Assembly (NCBI GenBank): GCA_964425105.1
Contig: CAYRLE010000001.1
Coordinates: 1 to 60,690, forward strand
DNA length: 60,690 nucleotides
Direction: 5' to 3'
DNA from: an uncultured Gammaproteobacteria bacterium
Lineage (GTDB): Bacteria > Pseudomonadota > Gammaproteobacteria > SZUA-140
Below, in pieces: positions 1 through 10,920 of this stretch (position 1 is its first letter; every line of letters starts with the position of its first letter). The position numbers and the translations under genes were made by a program. The notes under the pieces are model-generated. The model was not told where the DNA came from. It worked only from the letters and a program-made list of their open reading frames with translations, and did not search any database.

Positions 1-1998
<1,998 letters not shown>

Positions 1999-2115
1999 GG
2001 GCTGAAGGCACGCCTTGTCTTCCGGGGTTGCCTCTCTATTTGTCTTCTTCAGGAGGCGGTTCTAAGATAGACAAAAATCCTGTTGTCGCAACGCAGTGGC
2101 CGTAGCCAAGGAGAG

Positions 2116-3192
2116 ATGATGCGCGAAAATAATGATGCCTTTCGGTTCGATCCGGAGACGCTGCATCAGGTTGCCGATCATATCGCCGAGGTGTTCTGGG
2201 TCTGCGAGCCAGGCCACCAGGATCTCATCTATGTCAGTCCTGCCTATGAGCAGATTTGGGGGCGCAGCCTGGAATCGCTGTACGCCGATCCCTGTCAATG
2301 GTTGGAAGCGGTGCACCAGGAGGACCGGCCACGTATCGAGCCGCTCTTCAAACAGCAACGCTGCAATGGCAGTTTCTCCGAGGAATACCGTATCGTGCGC
2401 GCCGATGGCGAGGTGCGCTGGATTAGCGATCATGTCTTCGCCGTGCTGGATGGTAGGGGCATGCCCCACCGGGTGGCCGGGATCGCCGAGGACATTACCG
2501 AACGCAAACTGGTGGAGGAGGAGTTGCTGGCCTCCCGGGGACAATTGCGGGAGTTGGTGCTGCGCCAGCAGTGGGACCGGGAGGTGTTGCGCACCCGCAT
2601 CGCCCGCGAGATCCACGACGAACTGGGGCAGTCGCTGATGGCCCTGAATATGAACGCCTATTGGTTGTTGCATCAACTGCCCGACGAGTCTGGGCAGCTG
2701 AAGGGCAAGATCCAGGAGATGATCGACATCATCGTCGGCACGGTGCGGGCGGTGCAGCGCATCTCCAGCGAACTGCGCCCTAGCATGCTGGATGAACTGG
2801 GGCTGGGTGCCACCCTGCGCTGGTATGTGGAGCAGTTCCAGGAGCGCAGTGGCATCCGTTGCCAGGCCGCCATCGCCATCGACACCGTCGTCATGGATAA
2901 TGACCATGCCACCGCCGTCTACCGCATTCTCCAGGAGGCGCTGACCAATATCTCGCGTCATTCCTATGCCGACGAGGTCACATTGAGGGTGCTCGTCGAA
3001 GACGGTTGCCTGACCATGGCGATTCGTGACAACGGCCGGGGGATCGATCACAATGAGGTCGATATGAGCCGCTCTTTCGGCCTGCTGGGCATGCAGGAGC
3101 GGGCGGGGGCGCTGGGCGGTTCCCTGGAGATCGACAGCAAGCCCGGTGAAGGGACGCAACTCGTCCTGAACATGCCCCTGGACTGCGGCTGA
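2116..3192 (+). CDS. PAS-domain sensor histidine kinase, HisKA_3 (NarX/LiaS-like) type, cytoplasmic
   Basis: PAS-like N-terminus (HIAEVFWVCEPG..YVSPAYEQIWG), a second PAS-like stretch (YRIVRADGEVRWI), the HisKA_3 H-box (IAREIHDELGQSLMAL) and HATPase_c motifs (NISRHS, DNGRGI, GLLGMQERA). ATG at 2116 follows AAGGAGAG; the ORF-track start at 2083 is less likely. No adjacent response regulator. Confidence 0.85.
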   Translation: MMRENNDAFRFDPETLHQVADHIAEVFWVCEPGHQDLIYVSPAYEQIWGRSLESLYADPCQWLEAVHQEDRPRIEPLFKQQRCNGSFSEEYRIVRADGEVRWISDHVFAVLDGRGMPHRVAGIAEDITERKLVEEELLASRGQLRELVLRQQWDREVLRTRIAREIHDELGQSLMALNMNAYWLLHQLPDESGQLKGKIQEMIDIIVGTVRAVQRISSELRPSMLDELGLGATLRWYVEQFQERSGIRCQAAIAIDTVVMDNDHATAVYRILQEALTNISRHSYADEVTLRVLVEDGCLTMAIRDNGRGIDHNEVDMSRSFGLLGMQERAGALGGSLEIDSKPGEGTQLVLNMPLDCG

Positions 3193-3314
3193 TGCCCTGA
3201 CGCCTTTCCCCGCTATTGCCTGCCCTGTTGTGGAGCACCGCCCAACGCACTCCGCAGTGGACGGCGCTTCGGTAAGACTGCCGACATGCTAGAAAGAATA
3301 AGGAGAATAGTGTC

Positions 3315-4391
3315 GTGGCGATAGTCGACTTGCGAGACATGCTGGATCATGCCCGGGGCCATGCGTATGCGCTGGCCGCCTTTGAGGTGACGGATCTGAG
3401 CTTCCTGCACGGCATCCTGGCCGGCGCCGTGGGACAACAGGCACCGGTCATTCTCTCCCTGGGCGCCTCCTGCCAAGACCCGGCGCGCCAGGCGGATCTG
3501 CTGGCCGCCATGGAGTCGGCGGCGCAGCGGGCAGCCGTGCCGGTGGCCATTCATTACGACGGCACTACCAGCATGGAGGCGGCCGTCCATGCCATCAACC
3601 GCGGCTGCAACAGCATCGGACTGGCGCCCTTCCTCGGCCAGGACGCTGCACTCAGCCGCCGTATCGTCGAGATGGCCCATGACTGCGGCATCCCGGTGAC
3701 GGGCAGTGCGGCGGCGGCCGCCGTAGATGGCGCGCAGATCAGCGCCTATCTCCGGGACAGCGGCGTCGATTTCCTGGAACTGGGCCGCCCGGACAGCGAG
3801 GCGTTTTTTCAGCGCCTGCCGCAGGATGCCGCGGTGCCGCTGTGGATCCGCGAGGGCGCAGCGCTGACGGCCGAGCAACGTCGCACCCTGATTGCGCAAG
3901 GTGTGGCGGCCGTGCTGCCGGGCGCCGCCTTGCAGGATGTCGCTGCCCGTTGTCTGGCGGTGGGCCATGAGGGATACGGCCAGTTGGCGGCGGCCGTGGA
4001 CAGCGCCATTGCCGATAGCGTCGGCGCCGCGCTGGCGCAGTGGGGTGCGGCAGGGCAGGCGGCGGCCGCTTTGCAGCACTGCCGGTCCTGGGCGCCGGTG
4101 GAACATCTCATTATTTACAATGTCGCCGGTATCTCGGCGCAGCAGGCCGAGGCCATGATGGCGGAGGGGCGCGAGATCCTGGGGGCGATTCCCGGCGTGC
4201 GCCGGGTGTTCACCGGCAGCGCCGTGCAGGAGGCGGCGGCCTACCGCTATTGCTGGCTGGTGCGTTTCGTCCATCCGCGGGTCATCGACAGCTACCGCAA
4301 TCATCCCGCCCATGTGGCCTTCGCCGACCAGTGCTTCCGGCCCGTGGCGGGAGAGCGTATCAGTATCGACTATCAGGCCTCGCCGGGCTGA
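3315..4391 (+). CDS. Fusion protein: degenerate class II aldolase-like domain + C-terminal Dabb (stress-responsive alpha/beta barrel) domain
   Basis: The N-terminus aligns by eye with class II FBA/KbaY (DLRDMLDHARGHAYALAAFEV..APVILSLG..VPVAIHYDG), but the metal-ligand His positions appear replaced. The last ~100 aa (HLIIYNV..FVHPRVIDSYRNHPAHVAF) look like a Dabb domain. Confidence 0.7.
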   Translation: MAIVDLRDMLDHARGHAYALAAFEVTDLSFLHGILAGAVGQQAPVILSLGASCQDPARQADLLAAMESAAQRAAVPVAIHYDGTTSMEAAVHAINRGCNSIGLAPFLGQDAALSRRIVEMAHDCGIPVTGSAAAAAVDGAQISAYLRDSGVDFLELGRPDSEAFFQRLPQDAAVPLWIREGAALTAEQRRTLIAQGVAAVLPGAALQDVAARCLAVGHEGYGQLAAAVDSAIADSVGAALAQWGAAGQAAAALQHCRSWAPVEHLIIYNVAGISAQQAEAMMAEGREILGAIPGVRRVFTGSAVQEAAAYRYCWLVRFVHPRVIDSYRNHPAHVAFADQCFRPVAGERISIDYQASPG

Positions 4392-4430
4392 AACAAGCCT
4401 GCCTGATGCGGCTTGAATCTGGATACGCCC

Positions 4431-5642
4431 ATGGAAGTCCATACCTTCTTTCTGTATCTGCTGGCCATTCTCCTCAGTGCGCGGATCTTCGCCGAACTGG
4501 CGGTGCGCCTGCAGGCGCCCTCCGTCATCGGCGAACTGTTCGCCGGCGTGGTGCTGGGGCCCAGCCTGCTGGGCTGGATCGAGCCGATGGATGCCCTCAA
4601 ACTGCTGGCGGAGATCGGCATCATCCTGCTGTTGTTCGAGGTCGGACTGGAGACGGACGTCAAACGCCTGGTGAGCAGCGGCATGCGCGCTTTCGTGGTG
4701 GCCATGGCCGGTTTCTTTCTGCCCCTGATACTGGGGTTCGCCCTGGGCTATTGGGCATTCGCGCAGAGCTTGCTGGTGTCCCTTTTCATCGGCGGCACGC
4801 TCACCGCCACCAGTATCGGCATCACCATCCGGGTATTGAGCGATCTCAAACGGCAGCAGTCCGCCGAGGGCCAGGTGGTCCTCGGCGCCGCGGTGCTGGA
4901 CGATGTCATGGGGGTGGTACTGTTGGCCATGCTCTATGAGTTCTCCCTGGTGGGAGATGTGAGCCTGATGAATGCCGGCAAGGTGCTGCTGTTCGTGGGC
5001 GCCTTTTTTGTGATCGCACCGCTGGTGGCCAAGATGATGTCCATGGTCATCAAGCATTTCGACCAGGTCAGCGAGGTGCCGGGGCTGATCCCCACCTCTA
5101 TTGTTTCCCTGGTGCTGTTGTTCGCCTGGCTGGCCCATGCCGCCGGTGCGCCGGAACTGCTGGGCGGTTTTGCCGCCGGCGTGGCCCTGTCGCGGCGCTT
5201 CTTCCTGCCCCTGGGGGTGTCCCTGCACGCCGACGAGGTCTTCGCCCGCCGCATCGAGGAGCAGATGAAGCCCATCGTCAATCTCTTTACGCCGATCTTT
5301 TTCGTGATGGTGGGCTTGTCCCTCAATCTGCGGGAGATCGACTGGGGCTCGCCCTTCATCTGGTGGTTCTCGGTCTCCATGCTGGCGGTGGCGGTGATCG
5401 GCAAACTGGCGGGTGCTTTTCTGATTCGGGAGCCGCCCCTGGCCCGCTGGGCCATCGGCATGGCCATGATTCCACGCGGTGAGGTGGGCTTGATCTTTGC
5501 CGAACTGGGGCGGGTGAGCGGCATCTTCAACAATGAGTTCTATGCCGGGTTGGTCATCGTCATCGCGCTCACCACCCTGGTGCCGCCCTTTGTGATGAAG
5601 TGGTTCTACGGGCGCTACGGGGAGGCGATTGATGCCCGCTGA
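4431..5642 (+). CDS. Cation:proton antiporter (CPA family Na+/H+ or K+/H+ exchanger membrane domain)
   Basis: Polytopic hydrophobic protein with a typical N-terminus (LLAILLSARIFAELAVRLQAPSVIGELFAGVVLGPSLLG) and an LLLFEVGLE motif. ATG at 4431 is preferred over the in-frame TTG at 4413. Confidence 0.85.
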   Translation: MEVHTFFLYLLAILLSARIFAELAVRLQAPSVIGELFAGVVLGPSLLGWIEPMDALKLLAEIGIILLLFEVGLETDVKRLVSSGMRAFVVAMAGFFLPLILGFALGYWAFAQSLLVSLFIGGTLTATSIGITIRVLSDLKRQQSAEGQVVLGAAVLDDVMGVVLLAMLYEFSLVGDVSLMNAGKVLLFVGAFFVIAPLVAKMMSMVIKHFDQVSEVPGLIPTSIVSLVLLFAWLAHAAGAPELLGGFAAGVALSRRFFLPLGVSLHADEVFARRIEEQMKPIVNLFTPIFFVMVGLSLNLREIDWGSPFIWWFSVSMLAVAVIGKLAGAFLIREPPLARWAIGMAMIPRGEVGLIFAELGRVSGIFNNEFYAGLVIVIALTTLVPPFVMKWFYGRYGEAIDAR

Positions 5643-5664
5643 AGAGGTTAAACGGGGAAGGGGG

Positions 5665-6381
5665 TTACAGGTGCAGGCCGCACTCCGTCTTGGGGCAGTT
5701 GTTCCAGCGCCCGCTGCGGTCTTCCCCCGGCACCGTGCAGTGGACGCAACCGATGGATGAATAGCCCTTGAAGACCAGGGGGTGGAAGGGCAGCTTGTGC
5801 TCCTTGATGAAGGAGTCCCGCTCTTCCTTGGTGATGTCGATGAGGGGGTAGAACTTGATGATGCCACCCCGCTCTTCGAAGATGTCCAGACCGGAGCGGT
5901 GGTCCGTCTGCCAGCGCATCAGTCCCGAGGCCCAGACATTGTAGTTCTGCTTGATTTCCTCCAGGGGCTCCACTTTGTTGATGGAGCAGCAGAAGTCGGG
6001 GTCGGATTTCCAGGTCTGGTCCTTGACGGTGAATTCGTGTTTCCAGTCCTCGGCGCGGATGTCCACCACATTGAGGCCGTACAGTTCGGTGAGCTTGTTC
6101 TTGTACTCCAGGGTTTCCGGGAAGTGAAAGCCGGTGTCGATGAAGAAGACCGGCTGGTTGGGATGGATCCTGGAGAACAGATACAGGAAGAAGGCAGAGG
6201 TGGAGGCGAAGGAGGAGGTGAGCATCACCTTTTCAGGCGCGAAATCGTTGTAGAGTTCCCGGATTCGTTCCTCCACCGAGAGATCGCGGTATTTTTCATT
6301 GAGGGCGGCAAGAAATCCCTGGTCTTCAGTGTGGCCTTTCTCTTTGCTGATGGTTTGGGCGTTGTTTAACATATTGGTCAA
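5665..6381 (-). CDS. cysH: Phosphoadenosine/adenosine phosphosulfate reductase (Fe-S type, APS-reductase-like CysH)
   Basis: PAPS_reduct fold motifs (LTSSFASTS, FIDTGFHFPETL), the CC..CxxC cluster (DPDFCCSINK; GCVHCT) and the typical C-terminus RSGRW..KTECGLHL. Confidence 0.9.
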   Translation of the reverse strand: MTNMLNNAQTISKEKGHTEDQGFLAALNEKYRDLSVEERIRELYNDFAPEKVMLTSSFASTSAFFLYLFSRIHPNQPVFFIDTGFHFPETLEYKNKLTELYGLNVVDIRAEDWKHEFTVKDQTWKSDPDFCCSINKVEPLEEIKQNYNVWASGLMRWQTDHRSGLDIFEERGGIIKFYPLIDITKEERDSFIKEHKLPFHPLVFKGYSSIGCVHCTVPGEDRSGRWNNCPKTECGLHL

Positions 6382-6610
6382 ATCCCAGGATTGATGCTGA
6401 ACAGGGTAGATGGACTCGCTTTCAATACATGGCCAAGGTGGCGTCTGGATTGCGTCTGCCGCTTCCCTTCGATAACAGGGTTATTTTAATCGTTATAACA
6501 AAAAATGTAAAACGCTTCTCTTTTATAACTATTGATTATATGTAATGCGTGGACGGCTATAAGCCGCTGCGGTTGTGATCCGGCCTGGGCAGGGTGCCTA
6601 GTGTGGCGCT
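6382..6610 (-). promoter_or_regulatory. Intergenic leader/promoter region upstream of cysH with a locally AT-rich block
   Basis: 229 nt non-coding. The stretch around 6480-6545 (gttattttaatcgttataacaaaaaatgtaaaacgcttctcttttataactattgattatatg) is strikingly AT-rich for this window and repeats TTATAAC. No specific operator was recognised. Confidence 0.3.
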
Positions 6611-7045
6611 TCAGGGGATGGCGAGGGATTTTTCCAGTGTTGACAGCAGGCTGTCGCAGGTGGCGCGCCGCAGGTCGCGGTTGGCGCCGGCATAACCTTC
6701 CAGCAGCAGTTTGCCACTGGCGTCGTAGACACAGCTTTTCTCGCCCTCGGCACTCTCCGGCGTGACGATGAAACGCCCCTCCGAAGGCTTATAGACCGCG
6801 CTGAGGACGCCGCCGATAAAATAACTGTATTCCCCGCTGCTGGATGAAAAGAGTGTGCGGCGATGTGCAGTGAGGGTCTGGATGAGGGTTTGCACCTGCT
6901 CTTCGCTATAGGAGATGTCCAGGGGGCTGGCGATGGAAGAAGTTGGCAGCTGCTGCGCCTGGCGTTCAGGGGGTGCTGTGGTGCATGCCGCGGTGATGCT
7001 CGCCAACAGCATGAGGGTGGCCATAGTCCTTGTGGTGATCTGCAT
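6611..7045 (-). CDS. Small lipoprotein of unknown function
   Basis: ATG at 7045 is preceded by GAGGAGAAG. Signal peptide with lipobox (MATLMLLASITAAC). The longer ORF-track version (to 7480) has an Arg/Pro/Ser-rich, non-protein-like N-terminus and overlaps rlmD. Confidence 0.6.
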   Translation of the reverse strand: MQITTRTMATLMLLASITAACTTAPPERQAQQLPTSSIASPLDISYSEEQVQTLIQTLTAHRRTLFSSSSGEYSYFIGGVLSAVYKPSEGRFIVTPESAEGEKSCVYDASGKLLLEGYAGANRDLRRATCDSLLSTLEKSLAIP

Positions 7046-7151
7046 TGCAATCTTCTCCTCAGCGCATATTGTCTGATCAGAACGGAATGTCCATTTTAAT
7101 CCTCCGGGGTCCGCAGCGAAAGCGGCCTGCAGCCTCTTGTGATAGCATACG

Positions 7152-8513
7152 ATGGCCATGAGCGAGATACAGGAAAAGACGGCGCGCACGAATAGGAAAC
7201 GGCAGCCGCAGGAACTGTTCACCGTGGAGGTGACGGGGCTGGGCGACGACGGGCGGGGCACCGCCCGCCTGGAGGAAAGCCAGGTTTTCATCGACGGGGC
7301 CCTGCCGGGCGAGACGGTGCGTTTCCATTTTCTGCGCAGGCGCAAACGCAGTGCCGGTGGGCGCGTGGTGGAGGTGCTGCGCGCCTCGCCCCAGCGGGTG
7401 TCCCCGCCCTGCGCCCATGGCACGGTGTGCGGCGGTTGCCGCCTGCAACACCTGGAGCCCGGGGCCCAACTCCAACTCAAGGAGCGCGTGCTGCGCGACC
7501 ATCTCCTGTCCTGCGGCGGCCTGGCGCCGCGCCAGTGGCTGGCGCCGCTGTGCGGTCCCGGTCTCCATTACCGACGCCGGGCGCGGCTGGGGGTGCGCTA
7601 TCTTCCCAGCAGGGGGGGTGTGCTGGTGGGTTTCAGGGCGCGCTTCAGCAGCTATATCCTCTCCCTGGACCTGTGCCATGTGCTGGACCGGCGGGTGGCC
7701 GGTCTGCTGCCGGCCCTGCGGCAGCTGCTGGACGGGCTCAGCTGCCGCGAACGCATTCCCCAGATCGAGGTGGCGGCCGGGGACGACGCGGCGGCCCTGG
7801 TATTCCGTCACTTGGTGCCGCTGAGCGAGGAGGACGAGTCCCGCCTGCAGGACTTCGGCCAGGCCCATGATGTCCAGATCTATCTCCAACCCAAGGGGCC
7901 GGACACCATTTGGTGCCTCTACCCGGGGCCCCAGGCGCGCCTCAGCTATCGCCTGCCCGATCACGGGGTGGAGATCGTCTTCCGCCCCACGGATTTCATT
8001 CAGGTCAACGGGGCGGTCAACCGGCTCATGGTGAACCAGGCCCTGGAGCTGTTGCAACCTGCAGCGCAGGACACGGTGCTGGATCTGTTCTGCGGCCTGG
8101 GCAATTTCACGCTGCCCCTGGCGCGCCGCGCCGGGCAGGTGATCGGCCTGGAACTGAACCCGCAGCTGGTGCAGGGCGCCGCCGCCAATGCCCGTCGCAA
8201 TGGCATCGGCAACGCAGCTTTCCATGAGGTGGACCTGCGGGACAGCGAGGCGGGGGCCTTCTGGGAGCGCTACGACCCCGACAAGGTGTTGCTGGATCCC
8301 GCCCGCGACGGGGCCATGGAATTCATCAAGCACATGCCGCGGCAGCGGGGGCCGCGGCGCATGGTCTATATTTCCTGCAATTCCGCGACCCTGGCGCGGG
8401 ATGCCGAGTACCTGGTGAGGGTCCTGGGCTACACCCTGAGCCAGGCGGGCATCGTCGACATGTTTCCCCATACCAATCATGCGGAAGCCATGGCCGTCTT
8501 CGAGCGGAAGTAG
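7152..8513 (+). CDS. rlmD: 23S rRNA (uracil-C5)-methyltransferase RlmD/RumA
   Basis: TRAM-like N-terminus (FTVEVTGLGDDGRGTARL), Fe-S Cys motif (C..CGGCRLQH), SAM motif (VLDLFCGLGNFTLPLA) and the catalytic region (YISCNSATLARD, DMFPHT.H.E). Confidence 0.9.
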   Translation: MAMSEIQEKTARTNRKRQPQELFTVEVTGLGDDGRGTARLEESQVFIDGALPGETVRFHFLRRRKRSAGGRVVEVLRASPQRVSPPCAHGTVCGGCRLQHLEPGAQLQLKERVLRDHLLSCGGLAPRQWLAPLCGPGLHYRRRARLGVRYLPSRGGVLVGFRARFSSYILSLDLCHVLDRRVAGLLPALRQLLDGLSCRERIPQIEVAAGDDAAALVFRHLVPLSEEDESRLQDFGQAHDVQIYLQPKGPDTIWCLYPGPQARLSYRLPDHGVEIVFRPTDFIQVNGAVNRLMVNQALELLQPAAQDTVLDLFCGLGNFTLPLARRAGQVIGLELNPQLVQGAAANARRNGIGNAAFHEVDLRDSEAGAFWERYDPDKVLLDPARDGAMEFIKHMPRQRGPRRMVYISCNSATLARDAEYLVRVLGYTLSQAGIVDMFPHTNHAEAMAVFERK

Positions 8514-9738
8514 GGTCGTGGGATCCGTCCGCGTCCAGTTTCCAAACGCTGCGGGGCAGCAGCTGGCGGCCTTTCTCGACCAGCCGGCCCACTGCGCGCC
8601 GCGCGCCTTTGCGGTTTTCACGCATTGTTTCACCTGCAACAAGAACTACAAGGGCATTCGCAACATCAGCCGCGTCCTGAGCGAGGCCGGTATCGCCGTG
8701 CTGCGTTTCGACTTCACCGGCCTGGGGGAAAGCGAGGGCGACTTCTCCACTACCACTTTCAGCAGCAACATCGAGGATATCGTGGCCGCCGCCCACTGGC
8801 TGGAAACATACCACCAAGCGCCGCAGCTGCTCATCGGCCATTCCCTGGGCGGCACGGCCATGCTGGCGGCGGCGGGGCGCATCCCCGCCAGCCGCGCCGT
8901 GGTGACCATCGCCTCGCCCAGCGAACCCAGGCATGTGGCCGAGCATTTCGCCGACCGCCACCAGGAGATCCGCAGCCGCGGCGAGGCGCTGATTCGTATC
9001 GGTGGCATCGATTACCGCATCACAAAGGATTTTCTCGACGACGTGCAGCAGTACCATATGGCGGAGACCCTGAAAACGCTGGGCCGGGCGCTGCTGATCC
9101 TGCATTCGCCCCGCGACCGCACCGTGGACGTCGCCCACGCCGCGCGGCTCTTCGCCGCGGCACGCCATCCCAAGAGCTTCGTGTCCCTGGACGAGGCCGA
9201 TCATCTCCTGATACGTGAGGCGGATGCGCGTTATGCAGGGAGCGTCATCGCCGCCTGGGCGGAGCATTATCTGGCAGCAGTGGCCTCTACTGAGTCTCTG
9301 GTGACGGAAAGTACGGATGATGTGGAGGTGCTCATCGGCCGCCAACATTACCGCACCCGCATCAATATCCATGGCCATGAACTGACGGCCGACGAACCCC
9401 ACAGGCTGGGCGGTGGTGACTGTGGTCCCAATCCCTATGAACTGCTGGCGGCCTCCCTGGGCGCCTGCACCGCCATCACCCTGCGCATGTACGCCGACCG
9501 CAAGCAATGGCCGCTGGAGGCCGTCCAGATCGCCCTGCGCCATAGCAAAGTGCACGCCGATGATTGCCGGGACTGCGGCCGGCAGCACCAGGCCCTGGAC
9601 CGCATCGAGCGTGACATCCGTCTCCACGGCGAGCTGACGGAGTCACAGCGTCAGCGCCTGCTGGAGATCGCCGACCGCTGTCCACTGCACCGCTCCCTGC
9701 AGGAGCGCATCCTCATCGCAACCCGCCTCCTGGACTGA
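8479..9738 (+). CDS. Bifunctional alpha/beta hydrolase - OsmC family protein
   Basis: The N-terminal half has a hydrolase nucleophile elbow (GHSLGG) and FTHCFTC. The C-terminal ~140 aa are OsmC-like (GPNPYELLAASLGACTAITLRMYA). The start is uncertain: ATG 8479 overlaps the rlmD end, and GTG 8518 is an alternative. Confidence 0.85.
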   Translation: MRKPWPSSSGSRVVGSVRVQFPNAAGQQLAAFLDQPAHCAPRAFAVFTHCFTCNKNYKGIRNISRVLSEAGIAVLRFDFTGLGESEGDFSTTTFSSNIEDIVAAAHWLETYHQAPQLLIGHSLGGTAMLAAAGRIPASRAVVTIASPSEPRHVAEHFADRHQEIRSRGEALIRIGGIDYRITKDFLDDVQQYHMAETLKTLGRALLILHSPRDRTVDVAHAARLFAAARHPKSFVSLDEADHLLIREADARYAGSVIAAWAEHYLAAVASTESLVTESTDDVEVLIGRQHYRTRINIHGHELTADEPHRLGGGDCGPNPYELLAASLGACTAITLRMYADRKQWPLEAVQIALRHSKVHADDCRDCGRQHQALDRIERDIRLHGELTESQRQRLLEIADRCPLHRSLQERILIATRLLD

Positions 9739-9897
9739 ACCATTTCATGCGCGGTCGCCGCCGGGCACTTGCCGGCGCGGCCTTCCCTTGCCTGGCGAAT
9801 GGTAAAGCCCCTGCCGCCAGGGCCGATAGCATTGTCAGGGCGAGTGCTCTGCCCCGGCTGTTGCCGGCCCCCTATGAATCCGGAAGATGCTGTGAAG

Positions 9898-10920
9898 ATG
9901 AGTGAGTTGAGAAGCCTGAGGCATTTGGCTGTGCTGGCGACAGCATTGTTTCTTGGCGCCTGCGGCGGTAGTGGCAAAGAGGGCAGTGGCGCGCCTGCCA
10001 ACAGTGGCGCAGATGCGCCTGCGACACCTCTGGTGGTGAGCATCGGACGCCTGATCTGTGGTGGTCACCTGTCCCTGGCCGTGGTGGAAAAGAAATTTCA
10101 ACATGAACTAGAGGGCTTCAGTCTCAGGACGGTGCAAAACCACAATTGGGACGATGTGGTGGCGGATCTGGAATCGGGCAAGATGGATGGCACTTTCATT
10201 CTCTCGCCACTGGCCATGAAGCTGATCCGCGATGGCCTTGCCGCCCGCATCGTCTTGCTGGCGGATCGCAACGGCAATGGTTTTGTGCTCTCCAACAGTA
10301 TTCCCAGCATCGCTGCCCTGGGCGAACGACAGCGCATCATTGCCGTACCCCATCTTTACTCCCAGCATCATGTGCTGCTGCACCGCGTCCTGCGCCAGCA
10401 TGGTGTGGACGAAAGCAAGGTCAGCGTGGTGGCCATGCCGCCGCGGGACATGATCAACTCACTGCGCAGCGGTGAGATCGACGGCTTCGTGGTGGGCGAG
10501 CCGGAGGGTCATAAATCCATTGAGCTGGGAGTGGGCTGGATGGCGTCCATTTCTCCGCAGATCTGGCGCAATCACATGGATCATGTGCTGCTGGTCAGTG
10601 AGCGCTTCATCGAGGAACATCCACGGCAGCTTCAGAAACTGGTGGCTGCCCTGGTGAAGGGGGGGCGCTTCATCGAGGATCATCCGGAGGAGGCTGCACG
10701 CATGGGCGAGGACTATACCGGCTCCTCCGCCAAGGTGTTTGCACGGGTGTTGAGCGATCCACCGGAGTGGATCGATTACGGCGATATGGTGCCCACGACG
10801 GAGGATGTGCGGCTCATGGCAGAGCAGCTGGTGGAGATGGGATTGTGGCAGGATCTGCCTGCGGATCTGCCACGCTATGTCGATGACCGTTTCGTGAAGC
10901 AGGCAGGCGGGGTATCGTAG
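9898..10920 (+). CDS. Periplasmic substrate-binding lipoprotein, NMT1/SsuA/TauA (NitT/TauT) family, with no cognate permease or ATPase nearby
   Basis: Signal peptide with lipobox (LAVLATALFLGACGG), then an SBP-like fold (GHLSLAVVEKK.., GKMDG, GEIDGFVVGEPEG). The stop TAG (10918-10920) directly abuts the next gene's GTG at 10921. ATG 9898 is chosen; the upstream in-frame codons do not look protein-like. Confidence 0.8.
   Translation: MSELRSLRHLAVLATALFLGACGGSGKEGSGAPANSGADAPATPLVVSIGRLICGGHLSLAVVEKKFQHELEGFSLRTVQNHNWDDVVADLESGKMDGTFILSPLAMKLIRDGLAARIVLLADRNGNGFVLSNSIPSIAALGERQRIIAVPHLYSQHHVLLHRVLRQHGVDESKVSVVAMPPRDMINSLRSGEIDGFVVGEPEGHKSIELGVGWMASISPQIWRNHMDHVLLVSERFIEEHPRQLQKLVAALVKGGRFIEDHPEEAARMGEDYTGSSAKVFARVLSDPPEWIDYGDMVPTTEDVRLMAEQLVEMGLWQDLPADLPRYVDDRFVKQAGGVS

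Noticed and set aside
3213-5867. 884-aa ORF on the minus strand spanning three plus-strand genes
   Set aside because: It is antisense to well-supported genes (aldolase-like/Dabb, antiporter). The translation is dominated by Arg/Gly/His/Pro/Ala runs with no recognisable motif. This is the typical long shadow ORF of GC-rich DNA.
6611-7480. 289-aa version of the small lipoprotein ORF
   Set aside because: The upstream 145 codons are Arg/Pro/Ser/Trp-rich and overlap rlmD on the other strand. An ATG with a strong GAGGAG RBS at 7045 gives a clean signal peptide with lipobox.
9739-9897. TPP or other riboswitch upstream of the NMT1/THI5-like binding protein
   Set aside because: I looked for the conserved TPP-riboswitch core (CUGAGA...ACCUGAUCUGGAUAAUGCCAGCG-like) and saw nothing resembling it. 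The region is short, GC-rich and partly in-frame with the ORF.
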